Positions 29,822-39,046 of a stretch of DNA of 64,000 nucleotides are shown here, in pieces. The stretch lies in assembly GCA_027492035.1 (NCBI GenBank), contig JAOZFT010000004.1, forward strand, positions 602,449-666,448, given 5' to 3'. Numbering within the stretch: position 1 is the first letter of the stretch; every line of letters starts with the position of its first letter. The notes under the pieces are model-generated. The model did no database searches and was not told where the DNA came from. It worked only from the letters and a program-made list of their open reading frames with translations. The position numbers and the translations under genes are program-made. The stretch comes from Thermoproteota archaeon (GTDB taxonomy: Archaea; Korarchaeota; JAOZGF01; JAOZFZ01).

Positions 29822-30940
29822 TTGGCTTTCTTTGATGAATTGTTGAAAGAGTTCCCTGTTAAAAAGAAACTGGTTTACTTAAACAACGCTTCTGTTTCAC
29901 CTCTCCCAGTAAGGGTTTTTAATGCAATGAAGAAATTTTATTTGGAAAGAATAGTTTCAGGTGACTTAGCTTGGGAGGAATGGATAGAGAAAGTTGAGGA
30001 AACACGTAAACTTGCTGCGAAACTAATAGACTCCAAACCTGAGGAAATAGCTTTCATTAAAAACACAACAGAAGGAATAAATATAGTGGCTAATGGTTTA
30101 AATTGGAAAAGAGGAGATAAAGTAATTACTAGCGACTTAGAATTCACAAGTAACTTTTATCCCTGGATCAAACTTAGATCTAAAGGGGTTAGGGTAACTG
30201 TTGTTTCTCACAAACCTAACGGAGAAATTTCTTTAGATGAAATAGAAAGAAGAATTGACAACTACACAAAAATTGTTGCTTTAAGCCATGTACAATATGG
30301 TAACGGTTTCAGAGTTAATTTAAGAAGGTTAAGAGAAATAACTCAGGGGAAATGTTATCTCTTCCTTGACGCTATCCAATCACTTGGGGCAGTAAAAGTT
30401 TATTCTGACCTTTGTGACTTCCTTTCAGCTGGAAGCTACAAATGGTTGTTAGCTCCTTTCGGAACAGGTATACTTTACGTGAACAAAGAAGTTGAATTAA
30501 ATCCTTCATACATTGGATGGGCCAGTGTAGAAGATCCTTTCTCGCTTTCACCTGAACTTAAACTTGCTAAATCAGCTAGGAAATTTGAGATAGGGAACCA
30601 GGATTATTCAGCAATTTATGGTTTAAACGAAGCTTTGAAATTTATTTTAACGTTGGATCCTGTAAAAATTGAGAGAAGAATCCTTGATTTAACGGACATT
30701 CTGGTAACTGAGGCGGAAGAATCAGGGTTAACTCTACAAACTCCTAAAGAAAGATACAAAAGAGCAGGCATAGTGAATATAAAAGTGAAGAACCCTGAAA
30801 AAATCGTTGAGTGGTTAAAAAAGAAAGGAGTAATAATATCTGCAAGAATGAACGGTTTAAGAATTTCTCCTCACTTCTATAATGACGAAAATGAACTGTA
30901 TAAGCTAATAACACTACTGAGAAAAATAATCTTAACTTAA
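29822..30940 (+). CDS. Class V PLP-dependent enzyme (cysteine desulfurase-like fold, no catalytic Cys loop)
   Basis: YLNNAS, NTTEG, DAIQSLG, SYKWLLAP (PLP Lys), LRISPHFYN. Confidence 0.85.
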   Translation: MAFFDELLKEFPVKKKLVYLNNASVSPLPVRVFNAMKKFYLERIVSGDLAWEEWIEKVEETRKLAAKLIDSKPEEIAFIKNTTEGINIVANGLNWKRGDKVITSDLEFTSNFYPWIKLRSKGVRVTVVSHKPNGEISLDEIERRIDNYTKIVALSHVQYGNGFRVNLRRLREITQGKCYLFLDAIQSLGAVKVYSDLCDFLSAGSYKWLLAPFGTGILYVNKEVELNPSYIGWASVEDPFSLSPELKLAKSARKFEIGNQDYSAIYGLNEALKFILTLDPVKIERRILDLTDILVTEAEESGLTLQTPKERYKRAGIVNIKVKNPEKIVEWLKKKGVIISARMNGLRISPHFYNDENELYKLITLLRKIILT

Positions 30941-30965
30941 AATTAAAAAAGGAAATTAAACCATT

Positions 30966-31883
30966 TTATCCTATCAGTCTGACTTTTTTTGTCCTTCCTG
31001 AACTGTATCTCTCAATCAGTTTTCTTCTCTCTAAATTTTTCAATATCATAGACATTTTAGCTTTTGAAAAACCTAATCTCTCCCTTAATTCCTGCTGAGT
31101 CACCTCCCCATTAACTCGGATAAGTTCCTCAATAGTTTTTCTTTCATCCTCCTTAAGGACAGTAATAACCTTACTCTTCTGTTTTTTCACAGTAATAAAA
31201 GCAGCTGCACCTATTAAAAGCAATCCAAGAGGTATTAACAACAAATTAATATTAAAAAGTTTCTTTTTAATTTCCACGTGAGGTTCTCCTCCACCGAAGT
31301 CTCTAGGTCCTTTCCATATCACCTTACCTTCCTCAGCGAAATCAGGTGGAGGAATAACTGAGTACATGTTCCATTCTTCTGGAATAACTACTTCAAGTTC
31401 CTCATTTGTAGAAAGGTAATATCCTCCATTAAATACATCTCCCATAACCAGTTTATCATCCACCCTCTTTTGGAAATTGCTCCAAACAAACTTTATTATC
31501 AGCATCCCTACCTTGCCAACTCTGCCCATTGAAACATCAAACTCTTCAATATGCATAGGCCTTTTCGAAACAAGCTCTGCCTTTTTAACAATTTCTTTAA
31601 ATCTTTCTTTCTCTTGGTTTAAAATCAATGATTTGCTTTCGTTGAAGACTTGAAGGTATTTATTAAATGCCTGAACTGTTTCGTTGTTTTCTAAGTAAAA
31701 CCTTGTTTCAATGAACCATTCTGCGCTTCCGTCTTCTTTTAAAGTTATTATCGTCGTCGTTCTCTCTCCCCTTATTTGTGAAAAACCAGGAATTGTAAAT
31801 AGCAAATAATGTAAAGTGAGAAAAAAGGTTAAAAGGATTAGAGTTTCTTTTTTCAAAAGGTTCCCTCGTTCATCTTTAAGCAA
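30966..31883 (-). CDS. Membrane-anchored transcriptional regulator: signal peptide, extracellular domain, TM, C-terminal winged HTH
   Basis: EDGSAEW and VMGDVF extracellular motifs (DUF4897-like), TM LLLIPLGLLLIGAAAFITV, HTH TQQELRERLGFSKAKMSMILKNLE...GRTKKV. Confidence 0.8.
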   Translation of the reverse strand: MLKDERGNLLKKETLILLTFFLTLHYLLFTIPGFSQIRGERTTTIITLKEDGSAEWFIETRFYLENNETVQAFNKYLQVFNESKSLILNQEKERFKEIVKKAELVSKRPMHIEEFDVSMGRVGKVGMLIIKFVWSNFQKRVDDKLVMGDVFNGGYYLSTNEELEVVIPEEWNMYSVIPPPDFAEEGKVIWKGPRDFGGGEPHVEIKKKLFNINLLLIPLGLLLIGAAAFITVKKQKSKVITVLKEDERKTIEELIRVNGEVTQQELRERLGFSKAKMSMILKNLERRKLIERYSSGRTKKVRLIG

Positions 31884-31921
31884 GCATACTTCAAAGAAAG
31901 ATAAAAAATTATTTTCTTTCT

Positions 31922-32965
31922 CTAGCTGAATTCATTCCACTTCGAACCACCGGCTGTCTCATTTTCTTCACTAGATTGGTTATTTGTTTTCACCCCTTGC
32001 CCTCTTTTGTTCCCTGAATTTTTATTTTTCCATTTTCCATTCATTTTTTGTTTTGAAGTTTTATTCTTAAAAGCTTTATTACAGGTTTGATTAATGAAAT
32101 TGTTTTCGGATTTATTTCCCTTATTTGATGCTGCTGATTTTTTGAAAGGTGTCTTAGATCTGTTTTGACTTAAGTTTTGGTTTAAGCCAGGGCAAGGCCT
32201 CTTTGAATTGTTTAAAATCGGTAAAGTCATATTCTTCACAGTCTCCATCCATTCCTTGTGCAGTTCCTTCATTTCGTTTCTAAAGTTGAAATTGTTTCTT
32301 AGCAAGATTTCGCAAAGTTTTTTCTGGTTACTGGTTAAATTCTCAGTAAGGTTATGCAGTATCCAACCCAGTTTTTCCGTGTTGTTCAGTAAATTGTGTA
32401 GTCTCCATTTCAGAGCCTCCATCTCTACTACAAACGTTTCTTTAGTTATGTTACCCTCTTGCAAAAGATGTACCAAAGCTAATTTGGATTCTCTTATATC
32501 CTTCAATTCTTCCGCAATTTCTTTATTCCATTCCTTTATGGCGTTAAATTTAGACTGGAAACTCTTGTTAACCAGCAATCTATGCATTCTAATGTATTGT
32601 TTCATGTTCTCAATATGTGCCATCACCACTAAATGGATAAGTAAAGAAAAGCTTTTGCCAAGTGACATATTAGTTAAGTTAGGAAGAGTTACATTTAGAA
32701 TTGACGTATTGAAGAAGGCCTCTGAAAAGTTGAGAAGTGTCAAGTTCAGGGCCCCTGTCAAGTTCCCAGTTAACCCTTCAGAAGTTGAGTTGTCAGAGGA
32801 AGGGGCAGTTTCATTGTCTAAAACAAAACTACCTATATTTTCATCATTAAACAGCGTGTCCAGAGGCACTTTTTGAGAAGTTAAGGAGTATGCAGCTTGG
32901 AAAAGTAATAGGGAACTCATTGCAAAAATTAAGAATTCGGTCCAACCCTTAAATTTTCCATTCAT
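31922..32965 (-). CDS. Secreted helical protein with many N-glycosylation sequons and an N/K/Q-rich tail
   Basis: Signal peptide, over 20 NxS/T sequons, coiled-coil core, low-complexity C-terminus. Confidence 0.7.
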   Translation of the reverse strand: MNGKFKGWTEFLIFAMSSLLLFQAAYSLTSQKVPLDTLFNDENIGSFVLDNETAPSSDNSTSEGLTGNLTGALNLTLLNFSEAFFNTSILNVTLPNLTNMSLGKSFSLLIHLVVMAHIENMKQYIRMHRLLVNKSFQSKFNAIKEWNKEIAEELKDIRESKLALVHLLQEGNITKETFVVEMEALKWRLHNLLNNTEKLGWILHNLTENLTSNQKKLCEILLRNNFNFRNEMKELHKEWMETVKNMTLPILNNSKRPCPGLNQNLSQNRSKTPFKKSAASNKGNKSENNFINQTCNKAFKNKTSKQKMNGKWKNKNSGNKRGQGVKTNNQSSEENETAGGSKWNEFS

Positions 32966-33206
32966 TCACTTCACCGTGCCCAAATTACTTCTATAAATTC
33001 CTTTTTAGCTTATTTTACTTATGAAATATTTCTTAAATAACTTTTACGGGTGAATGGTTTAATTTTTTGGAGCAAATTTTTTTTTCAAAGGAACCTCATC
33101 CTCCTCTCTTAATCTAAGGGTTTACAATGGTTTAAAAACAGGTTAAAACAGAAAAAAACAGCAACAAAATTTTGAGAATGAAGGGTAAGTAATAACGGCT
33201 CCACCT

Positions 33207-33450
33207 GCAGTATTTTATAAAGACATTTATAACGAGGGAATACCTTAGAAAAATCGGACTGAATGATAGGCAAGGTAAAATCAATTCTCTTTGTGAAAGA
33301 AAAAGGAAAAAATAAAGAATGTCAGGAAATCACAAGTGTAAAAAAGGGACATAGACAGGTAAGTGAGGACTCAAAGTAACTTGAGAAAGCTGGCATCTTG
33401 AAACGGATAGGAACAACTGGTAAAAGTGTTTTACTATGCACCTAAAAGGT
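33207..33450 (+). pseudogene. Relic C-terminal wHTH of a Schlafen/AlbA_2-HATPase-HTH (RecG-C-like) protein
   Basis: Frame-hopping translation: VFYKDIYNE / YLRKIGLNDRQ / VKSILFVKEKGKI / NKECQEITSV...*LEKAGILKRIGTTGKS. Confidence 0.65.
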
Positions 33451-33905
33451 ATCAAAAGAGTTTTCAGGGGAGACTGTTATCATGTGATACTACTGTGAGG
33501 ATGTGAAGCCGGAAGTTAAAGGATGCTGACAATGAATAGATGCTTTTAGAGGGGGAGGAATATGAGATGCAGTCATTTTTCAAACTCACATTTTTTTACT
33601 CTCTTAACAGACATGAACCCTAATGAATCCTTTCCTGCATATCTTGGAGAAAGTCTGGACAGTAGGGTAGGAACTAAGCTTTTTTCAACAATATTTCGTG
33701 TGGTGCTTGCTGCTTGAATAGCTATGGCCTTACCGTGCATGTTAAAATCCACCTCTTTTATCTTCATTCTTAAATTTTCCTCTAAACTGTAAGTTTCTGT
33801 CTTTAAAAGGTTAAAAACATTTCTCACGTCGATTCTTTACTAGTTCGCTTCTTTTCTACCAGAAAAACCTAAAGAATTTGTAATGTTAAAATAAAATCTG
33901 AAATC

Positions 33906-34436
33906 CTAAACATACCCCATATATCTTCCTTCTTTCCTCATAATGTTTTTAAGGCTTTTATTAAGTTTTTCCTCAAGTCTTTTTTGTCTTCTTGAAATAT
34001 ATAATGGCTCCTTTAAGTAAATCACTGGTCCTTCCAGTAAAGCCGAGTGTTTAATTGGTAAAGAAAGTGAAATAACTGGTTTATTCAATACATTTCTTAT
34101 TATTGAATCTATAGGTTTCTTTTCATGTATGCTTTCAATTATTTTCCTTAGTGTTTTTATGTCTAAGGGCCTGAAACCATAAAAAGGTTTTCCACCTATC
34201 CTTTTCAAAGCTTCTTCACGGCTTCCAACTTTCACTCCCAAACCTAAGGGCTTAGGAATATGGAGACTTTCAACACGGATTTGCCACAAACCTCCTGGGG
34301 ATAAAATGTAAATGTTAGCGAAACCTGTTTCTTCAACATTAACCATTATCTTCCAGCCTTTAGGGTTCCTCATGAACATCGACATTAATCTTTTAAGGAT
34401 TTCTTCCACTGGATACATTTCCATTTCTCCCAACAT
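33906..34436 (-). CDS. Hypothetical protein
   Basis: 176-aa ORF with host-like codon use, tightly spaced after the DUF167 gene. Confidence 0.7.
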   Translation of the reverse strand: MLGEMEMYPVEEILKRLMSMFMRNPKGWKIMVNVEETGFANIYILSPGGLWQIRVESLHIPKPLGLGVKVGSREEALKRIGGKPFYGFRPLDIKTLRKIIESIHEKKPIDSIIRNVLNKPVISLSLPIKHSALLEGPVIYLKEPLYISRRQKRLEEKLNKSLKNIMRKEGRYMGYV

Positions 34437-34445
34437 CTCCTTCCC

Positions 34446-34700
34446 TTAAAGTTCAATCACTCCTGCCTCATCAAACTTTATTTTCACAATTTTTTTGCGA
34501 GAAGCCCTTCCTTTCAATATCATTATGTCACTTAGTGGCACTTTAAATTTTTCAGATAATAATTTAAGTAATTCCAAGTTTGCACGTCCCCTTTCAGCTG
34601 GTGATTTCACCTTTGCTACGTACATGTCTCCTTCCTTCCTGATTTCTCTTTTTCTTGAGTTAGGTATAACTGAAACCTCAAAAATCCTTTCTTTGCTCAT
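34446..34700 (-). CDS. DUF167 (UPF0235/YggU) protein
   Basis: VIPNSRK, VKSPAERGRANLEL, ILKGRASRKK. Confidence 0.9.
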   Translation of the reverse strand: MSKERIFEVSVIPNSRKREIRKEGDMYVAKVKSPAERGRANLELLKLLSEKFKVPLSDIMILKGRASRKKIVKIKFDEAGVIEL

Positions 34701-34881
34701 GTCTTTCCCTTAATTCCGTTCTTATTTTAAATTAAAAATTTTAATGGGCTACATAGAACTTCAACATTTTTTCCCCTGCAAGGGTTCCTGATAAACTTTT
34801 AAGTTATATGGTTTATTTCCTCTTTCTAAAAAATTTAAAAAGAGAATTTGTTTAAAAAGTCTTTGGGGGGGGGGAGTTAAT

Positions 34882-35403
34882 GTGAGATGGGTTACCAGAT
34901 CTTTTCCCCATATAGACAGAACAGCTAGTGCTTGGTTAATTAAAAAATTCATTGACCCAGAAGCTGAATTCTATTTCATTAATTGGCCAGAGGAAAGCCT
35001 GAAAGAATGTTACGGCACCCCCTTTGACATCAAAGGCGTGGAACTGGGCCATCACCTTAACAAATGTACTTTCGAAACAATAATGGAAAAATTCGGTGTT
35101 AAGGACCCAATTGTTCAAAAAATAGCTTCACTTGTGCATAAAGCAGACCTTGAAGGTTCCAAGAAAGAAATTCCTGAAGCAAAAGGTATTAAATTGCTGT
35201 TTTCAGGTTTGAGATTGGTTACATCAAGTAATTACGAAACCATTGAAATTGGTTTTAAATTATGGGACGCAGTATATGCTTATTTTCTAAGTAAAGAAGT
35301 TGAAGAGGGACATAAGGAAGAAGTGAGTAGAATGAGTAGAGCTGAAAAACTAAATTTCCTCAGAAGAAAAGTTAAGGAAGTTTTAGAAGGGAAACTTATT
35401 TGA
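34882..35403 (+). CDS. Chromate-resistance ChrB C-terminal-domain protein
   Basis: MRWVTRSFPHIDRTASAWLIKKFIDPEAEF, PFDIKGVELGH, CTFE, VHKAD, PEAKG. Confidence 0.85.
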   Translation: MRWVTRSFPHIDRTASAWLIKKFIDPEAEFYFINWPEESLKECYGTPFDIKGVELGHHLNKCTFETIMEKFGVKDPIVQKIASLVHKADLEGSKKEIPEAKGIKLLFSGLRLVTSSNYETIEIGFKLWDAVYAYFLSKEVEEGHKEEVSRMSRAEKLNFLRRKVKEVLEGKLI

Positions 35404-36596
35404 GAAAATCTGTTTTCTCTTTGTTATGTTCAGCAGGGTTCTTTGCGATAGCCAGTTCAACAATGTCCAAATCCCCAACCTTGCCTCTTTTCGCTGAAAG
35501 TTTAGGCTTACATAGCAGCGAGATAGGTTTGGTGGCTGCAGCTTCTACAATCACTGGAATCATTGTAAACCTTGTAACTGGCACATTTTCTGATTTATAC
35601 GGCAGAAAAAAATTGCTTGTAGCTTCTGGTGTGTTTTTCGCTACAGCTCCTTTCATGTACCTCTTTGTAAATGACAGTTTAGGTTTAACTTTCGTTAGAG
35701 TGTATCATGGAATAGCAACTGCAACTTTTATGCCTGTATCACTGGCAACAGTGGCAGATATGTATGTTGAAGACAGGGGAGAAAAAATAGGGCTTTTCTC
35801 TTCAGCAACACTCCTAGGTAGACTTTTAGCTCCCACAGCAGCTGGTTTATTGATAGCATTCAAAGGATTTTCTGAAGCGTATTTTATTTGTGGAATAATT
35901 GGAGTGTTTACATTGATTTTACTAACAATTATGCCGCAGCCGAAAAGAAAGGTTTCAAACAAGGAAACAACCTTAAAAGGGAAGAGGGAGAAGAAGTTAA
36001 ATTTTAGAGATGTAATCCTAAACACGCAACTTTTGCTTCTGGGGCTAATTAATGCAACTATCTATTTTTCAATGCAAGGTTTAGAAACGTTTCTTCCTCT
36101 TTACTTAGAAAAATTCTCTGTTGAAACTTGGAAAATAGGGGTTTTGTTTACTGTTCAATTATTAGTTATCACTGTGTCAAAGCCCTATATGGGGAAGCTT
36201 TCAGATGAACTTGGAAGAACGAAGTTAATAATTGCAGGAATGATACTTATGTCAATGGTTCTCCCTTTTTTCAGCATCTCAACAAATTATTACTCAGTAC
36301 TTATTGTTATTTCAATTTTTGCTTTGACTGTTTCTTTAACTACTGCCTCTCTTACACCTCTAGCTTCTGAAATAGTCCCTACTGGATCTTACGGCACAGC
36401 TATTGGCGTGTTAGAAACAATAAAAGATTTTGGACAGGCTTTAGGGCCCATAGCTACAGGTGTAATATTGGCTACATCCAGTTTCACAAAAGTTTTCTTG
36501 GCAATGGCTGTATTAACTATTTTAATAACCTTACTCTTCACTCTTTACACTTATAAGAAATTAAGAGCCAATAATTCATTTTATTTAGTCATTTAA
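35400..36596 (+). CDS. MFS transporter (12 TM)
   Basis: Motif A GTFSDLYGRK and GKLSDELGRT; start overlaps the stop of the upstream gene. Confidence 0.92.
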   Translation: MRKSVFSLLCSAGFFAIASSTMSKSPTLPLFAESLGLHSSEIGLVAAASTITGIIVNLVTGTFSDLYGRKKLLVASGVFFATAPFMYLFVNDSLGLTFVRVYHGIATATFMPVSLATVADMYVEDRGEKIGLFSSATLLGRLLAPTAAGLLIAFKGFSEAYFICGIIGVFTLILLTIMPQPKRKVSNKETTLKGKREKKLNFRDVILNTQLLLLGLINATIYFSMQGLETFLPLYLEKFSVETWKIGVLFTVQLLVITVSKPYMGKLSDELGRTKLIIAGMILMSMVLPFFSISTNYYSVLIVISIFALTVSLTTASLTPLASEIVPTGSYGTAIGVLETIKDFGQALGPIATGVILATSSFTKVFLAMAVLTILITLLFTLYTYKKLRANNSFYLVI

Positions 36597-36634
36597 ACTT
36601 GTAACTATAATCTAAAGGGGTCTTTTTTCTACTT

Positions 36635-37774
36635 TTATTTTGAGTGAAATAAGTAAATGATTAAATAGAGCTTGGATATTTTTCCGTTTGCAGGGATTTC
36701 TGAATACGTTTTCAAGTTACTAATTTCACTTGTTTCGTCTCCCCTAGAAATTAAAATAAAAAAGCTCCTTTTCCCTGTTTCCCTCGATATTGTTCCGTTA
36801 AAGAAACTTACCACCTCCCTTAGGGGTTCCTGGTCAATTCTGCTAAAGCTTTCGTTTGTTATCTCCTCTTTTAAAACATTCCCTAAAAAGGATTTCAATG
36901 AAGAAAAATTACGGAACTCATTTAGTTCCAAAATTTCCTGTTTCTTTGTTAAGTTCATTAATGGAATAAAAGAGACTATCCCCTTTTCTATTTTTACTAA
37001 ATATAAAGGCTGCCCTGCAAAAAAATTTTCATTAATTACCAACTTCCCCTGATCAAAAGAAATTTTTGGCATGGAAACTGTTTTAATTAATGCCTCGTAC
37101 TTTAAACTAGTAAAGAGTTCACCTTTGTACTTAATTCCTCCCTCGTTTACTTTTAAATGCTGCCACATAAAAGTATTGGTTTTTGTTTGTAAGAAATGGC
37201 AAGATAAAGGAGTCGCTTCCGGAACTGACCCGCTTAAGTAACCATTAGGAAGCGAAACCTTCACTTTAATTTCAGCTTCTTTCTCTGAAGAAATCAAAAT
37301 TTCACCTATCAACTTATCTAAGCTGGAATTCCCTACTCCCTTTTCCCCACCCGTACCCCTAATTATCAAGCATGCTTCAACAATTTTTATAGTTAATTTC
37401 GGGTTAGAAACTTTATTCACTTCTTTCCATTGTTCTAAACCAAACAGTTCAAGTAAGGGTTGGAAAGAGGTTTCACAGGAGTTAGTAACTAACCCATATG
37501 CGCCGTTTACTGCAAAAAGTAAACTGATAAAGAATAAAAGGATGAATAATCCACTAAACACTTCATAATATTTTCTCCAAACCTTAGCTAAAACAGGAAA
37601 CCTTAAAAGTTTAAATGAAACTTTTGCTCTCATTCTTTCCTCAAAGTTTGCTTCACATTTCCTGAAAGTAACCTTTCTAAAGGTGCATTTAAATGCTTCT
37701 TTCAGCCACCACCGGTATTTAGCCGAAAAAACACTTAAAATAGAAAACACTATTAAAGAAGCAAAACACAGCAA
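36635..37774 (-). CDS. Hypothetical membrane protein with Cys-containing N-terminal module and large C-terminal domain
   Basis: MLCFASLIVF...EAFKCTFRKVTFRKCE..., 2 TM segments, GGAGG SD upstream. Confidence 0.65.
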   Translation of the reverse strand: MLCFASLIVFSILSVFSAKYRWWLKEAFKCTFRKVTFRKCEANFEERMRAKVSFKLLRFPVLAKVWRKYYEVFSGLFILLFFISLLFAVNGAYGLVTNSCETSFQPLLELFGLEQWKEVNKVSNPKLTIKIVEACLIIRGTGGEKGVGNSSLDKLIGEILISSEKEAEIKVKVSLPNGYLSGSVPEATPLSCHFLQTKTNTFMWQHLKVNEGGIKYKGELFTSLKYEALIKTVSMPKISFDQGKLVINENFFAGQPLYLVKIEKGIVSFIPLMNLTKKQEILELNEFRNFSSLKSFLGNVLKEEITNESFSRIDQEPLREVVSFFNGTISRETGKRSFFILISRGDETSEISNLKTYSEIPANGKISKLYLIIYLFHSK

Positions 37775-37834
37775 GGTTTTTACCTCCTTAATAAAATGGT
37801 TTCCTCTTTAAAAAAGGGTGGAGGATTTTTAAAT

Positions 37835-39046
37835 TTAGTAAACCCTTATTTTTCCTCCTGAGAGGTCTTTAATAAATTTCTTCATCCTATTTGTTTCAAG
37901 ACTTTGCATGACTCTTTCCTCTGCCTCTTTTTTGGCTTCATTGAAGTTAACCCCCTTATTCACTGAAAGGTAAACATCAGCAAGCTTAGGTTCGTTAATG
38001 GGTCTACCGATTTCACTCACTAACCAAACGTAAACCTCCTTTACTCCATTCACTGACCTATAAACTTCACTGGCTAGTTTATGGGTTAAAACGTTGTAAA
38101 TCTTGCCGACATGGCTTACAGGGTTCTTACCTGCAGCTGCTTCGTTACTCACAGGCCTTTGTAAAGGAATCAATCCATTAACTCTATTTCCCCTTCCCAC
38201 CTCTCCAGAGTCAGCGTCTTCAGCTGAAGTACCTAAAAGGGTTAAATAGGTTCCAGCTTCTCCCCTACCTTCTAAATCCAAAGTATTAAAACTTATTTCA
38301 AATTCTAAACCAGAGTTACCCTCTAAATAATTATTTATTTCTCCCAAAACTTCCCTTTTTCTTCTGAAATACTCCTTCTCACTTTCAATGTAGGAAGCAA
38401 CCAAAGGCATGGCTATAGTTAAATTAACTCTGTTTCCTCTCCTAACAGCCATTATCTTCACATCTTCACCTGTTTCGGGAAAAGCTAACTTGAAAGGTTT
38501 AGAATTAAGGTACTGCTCAAGGCTCAAAACCAATTTTTCTGTTTCAGTTAAGGGGGCGTAACCTACTGCTGCTGATGTGTCATTAGCTCCCAGTAATTGA
38601 GACTTCCTTGAAAAAATATCAACTAAGGCTTGAGACCCTTGCTTTATCTCTACTTGATACTTTAAATGCTTATCTGGGTCAATGAATCTAAAGTTTTCTT
38701 TTAACCACTGCTTAGCTGAATTTACCGCTATTTCCTCCACAGGTATGGTTTCGTTTTCTGTTTTTGAGATTGCTCTGTCACCGAAAACTAAAAGCATAGG
38801 CTCCAACACCTTTCCTCCCCCAAAATGTTTTTTTACATGCCCTGCGGAAAGAAGGCCTTTGTCGATGTTGTGGTGGAGAATTGTTCCGAATCTTTTCAAG
38901 TATTCTTTGCATAACTCAATGGAAACCCTCTCCATTATTGCGTCACAAATATAGTCAGGGTGACCTAATCCCTTCCTTTCAACTATTTCAAATGGCATTT
39001 CAGCAACAGGTAAATTTCTTGATTCAAAAACGTCAACTTTAACCAT
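37835..39046 (-). CDS. mat: Archaeal-type S-adenosylmethionine synthetase
   Basis: EIVERKGLGHPD, HHNIDK, ANDTS, GEDVKIM, GRGNRVNG, GKNPVSHVGKIYN. Confidence 0.97.
   Translation of the reverse strand: MVKVDVFESRNLPVAEMPFEIVERKGLGHPDYICDAIMERVSIELCKEYLKRFGTILHHNIDKGLLSAGHVKKHFGGGKVLEPMLLVFGDRAISKTENETIPVEEIAVNSAKQWLKENFRFIDPDKHLKYQVEIKQGSQALVDIFSRKSQLLGANDTSAAVGYAPLTETEKLVLSLEQYLNSKPFKLAFPETGEDVKIMAVRRGNRVNLTIAMPLVASYIESEKEYFRRKREVLGEINNYLEGNSGLEFEISFNTLDLEGRGEAGTYLTLLGTSAEDADSGEVGRGNRVNGLIPLQRPVSNEAAAGKNPVSHVGKIYNVLTHKLASEVYRSVNGVKEVYVWLVSEIGRPINEPKLADVYLSVNKGVNFNEAKKEAEERVMQSLETNRMKKFIKDLSGGKIRVY

Noticed and set aside
33573-33827. 84-aa minus-strand ORF
   Set aside because: No recognisable motif or SD, and it lies in a decayed region
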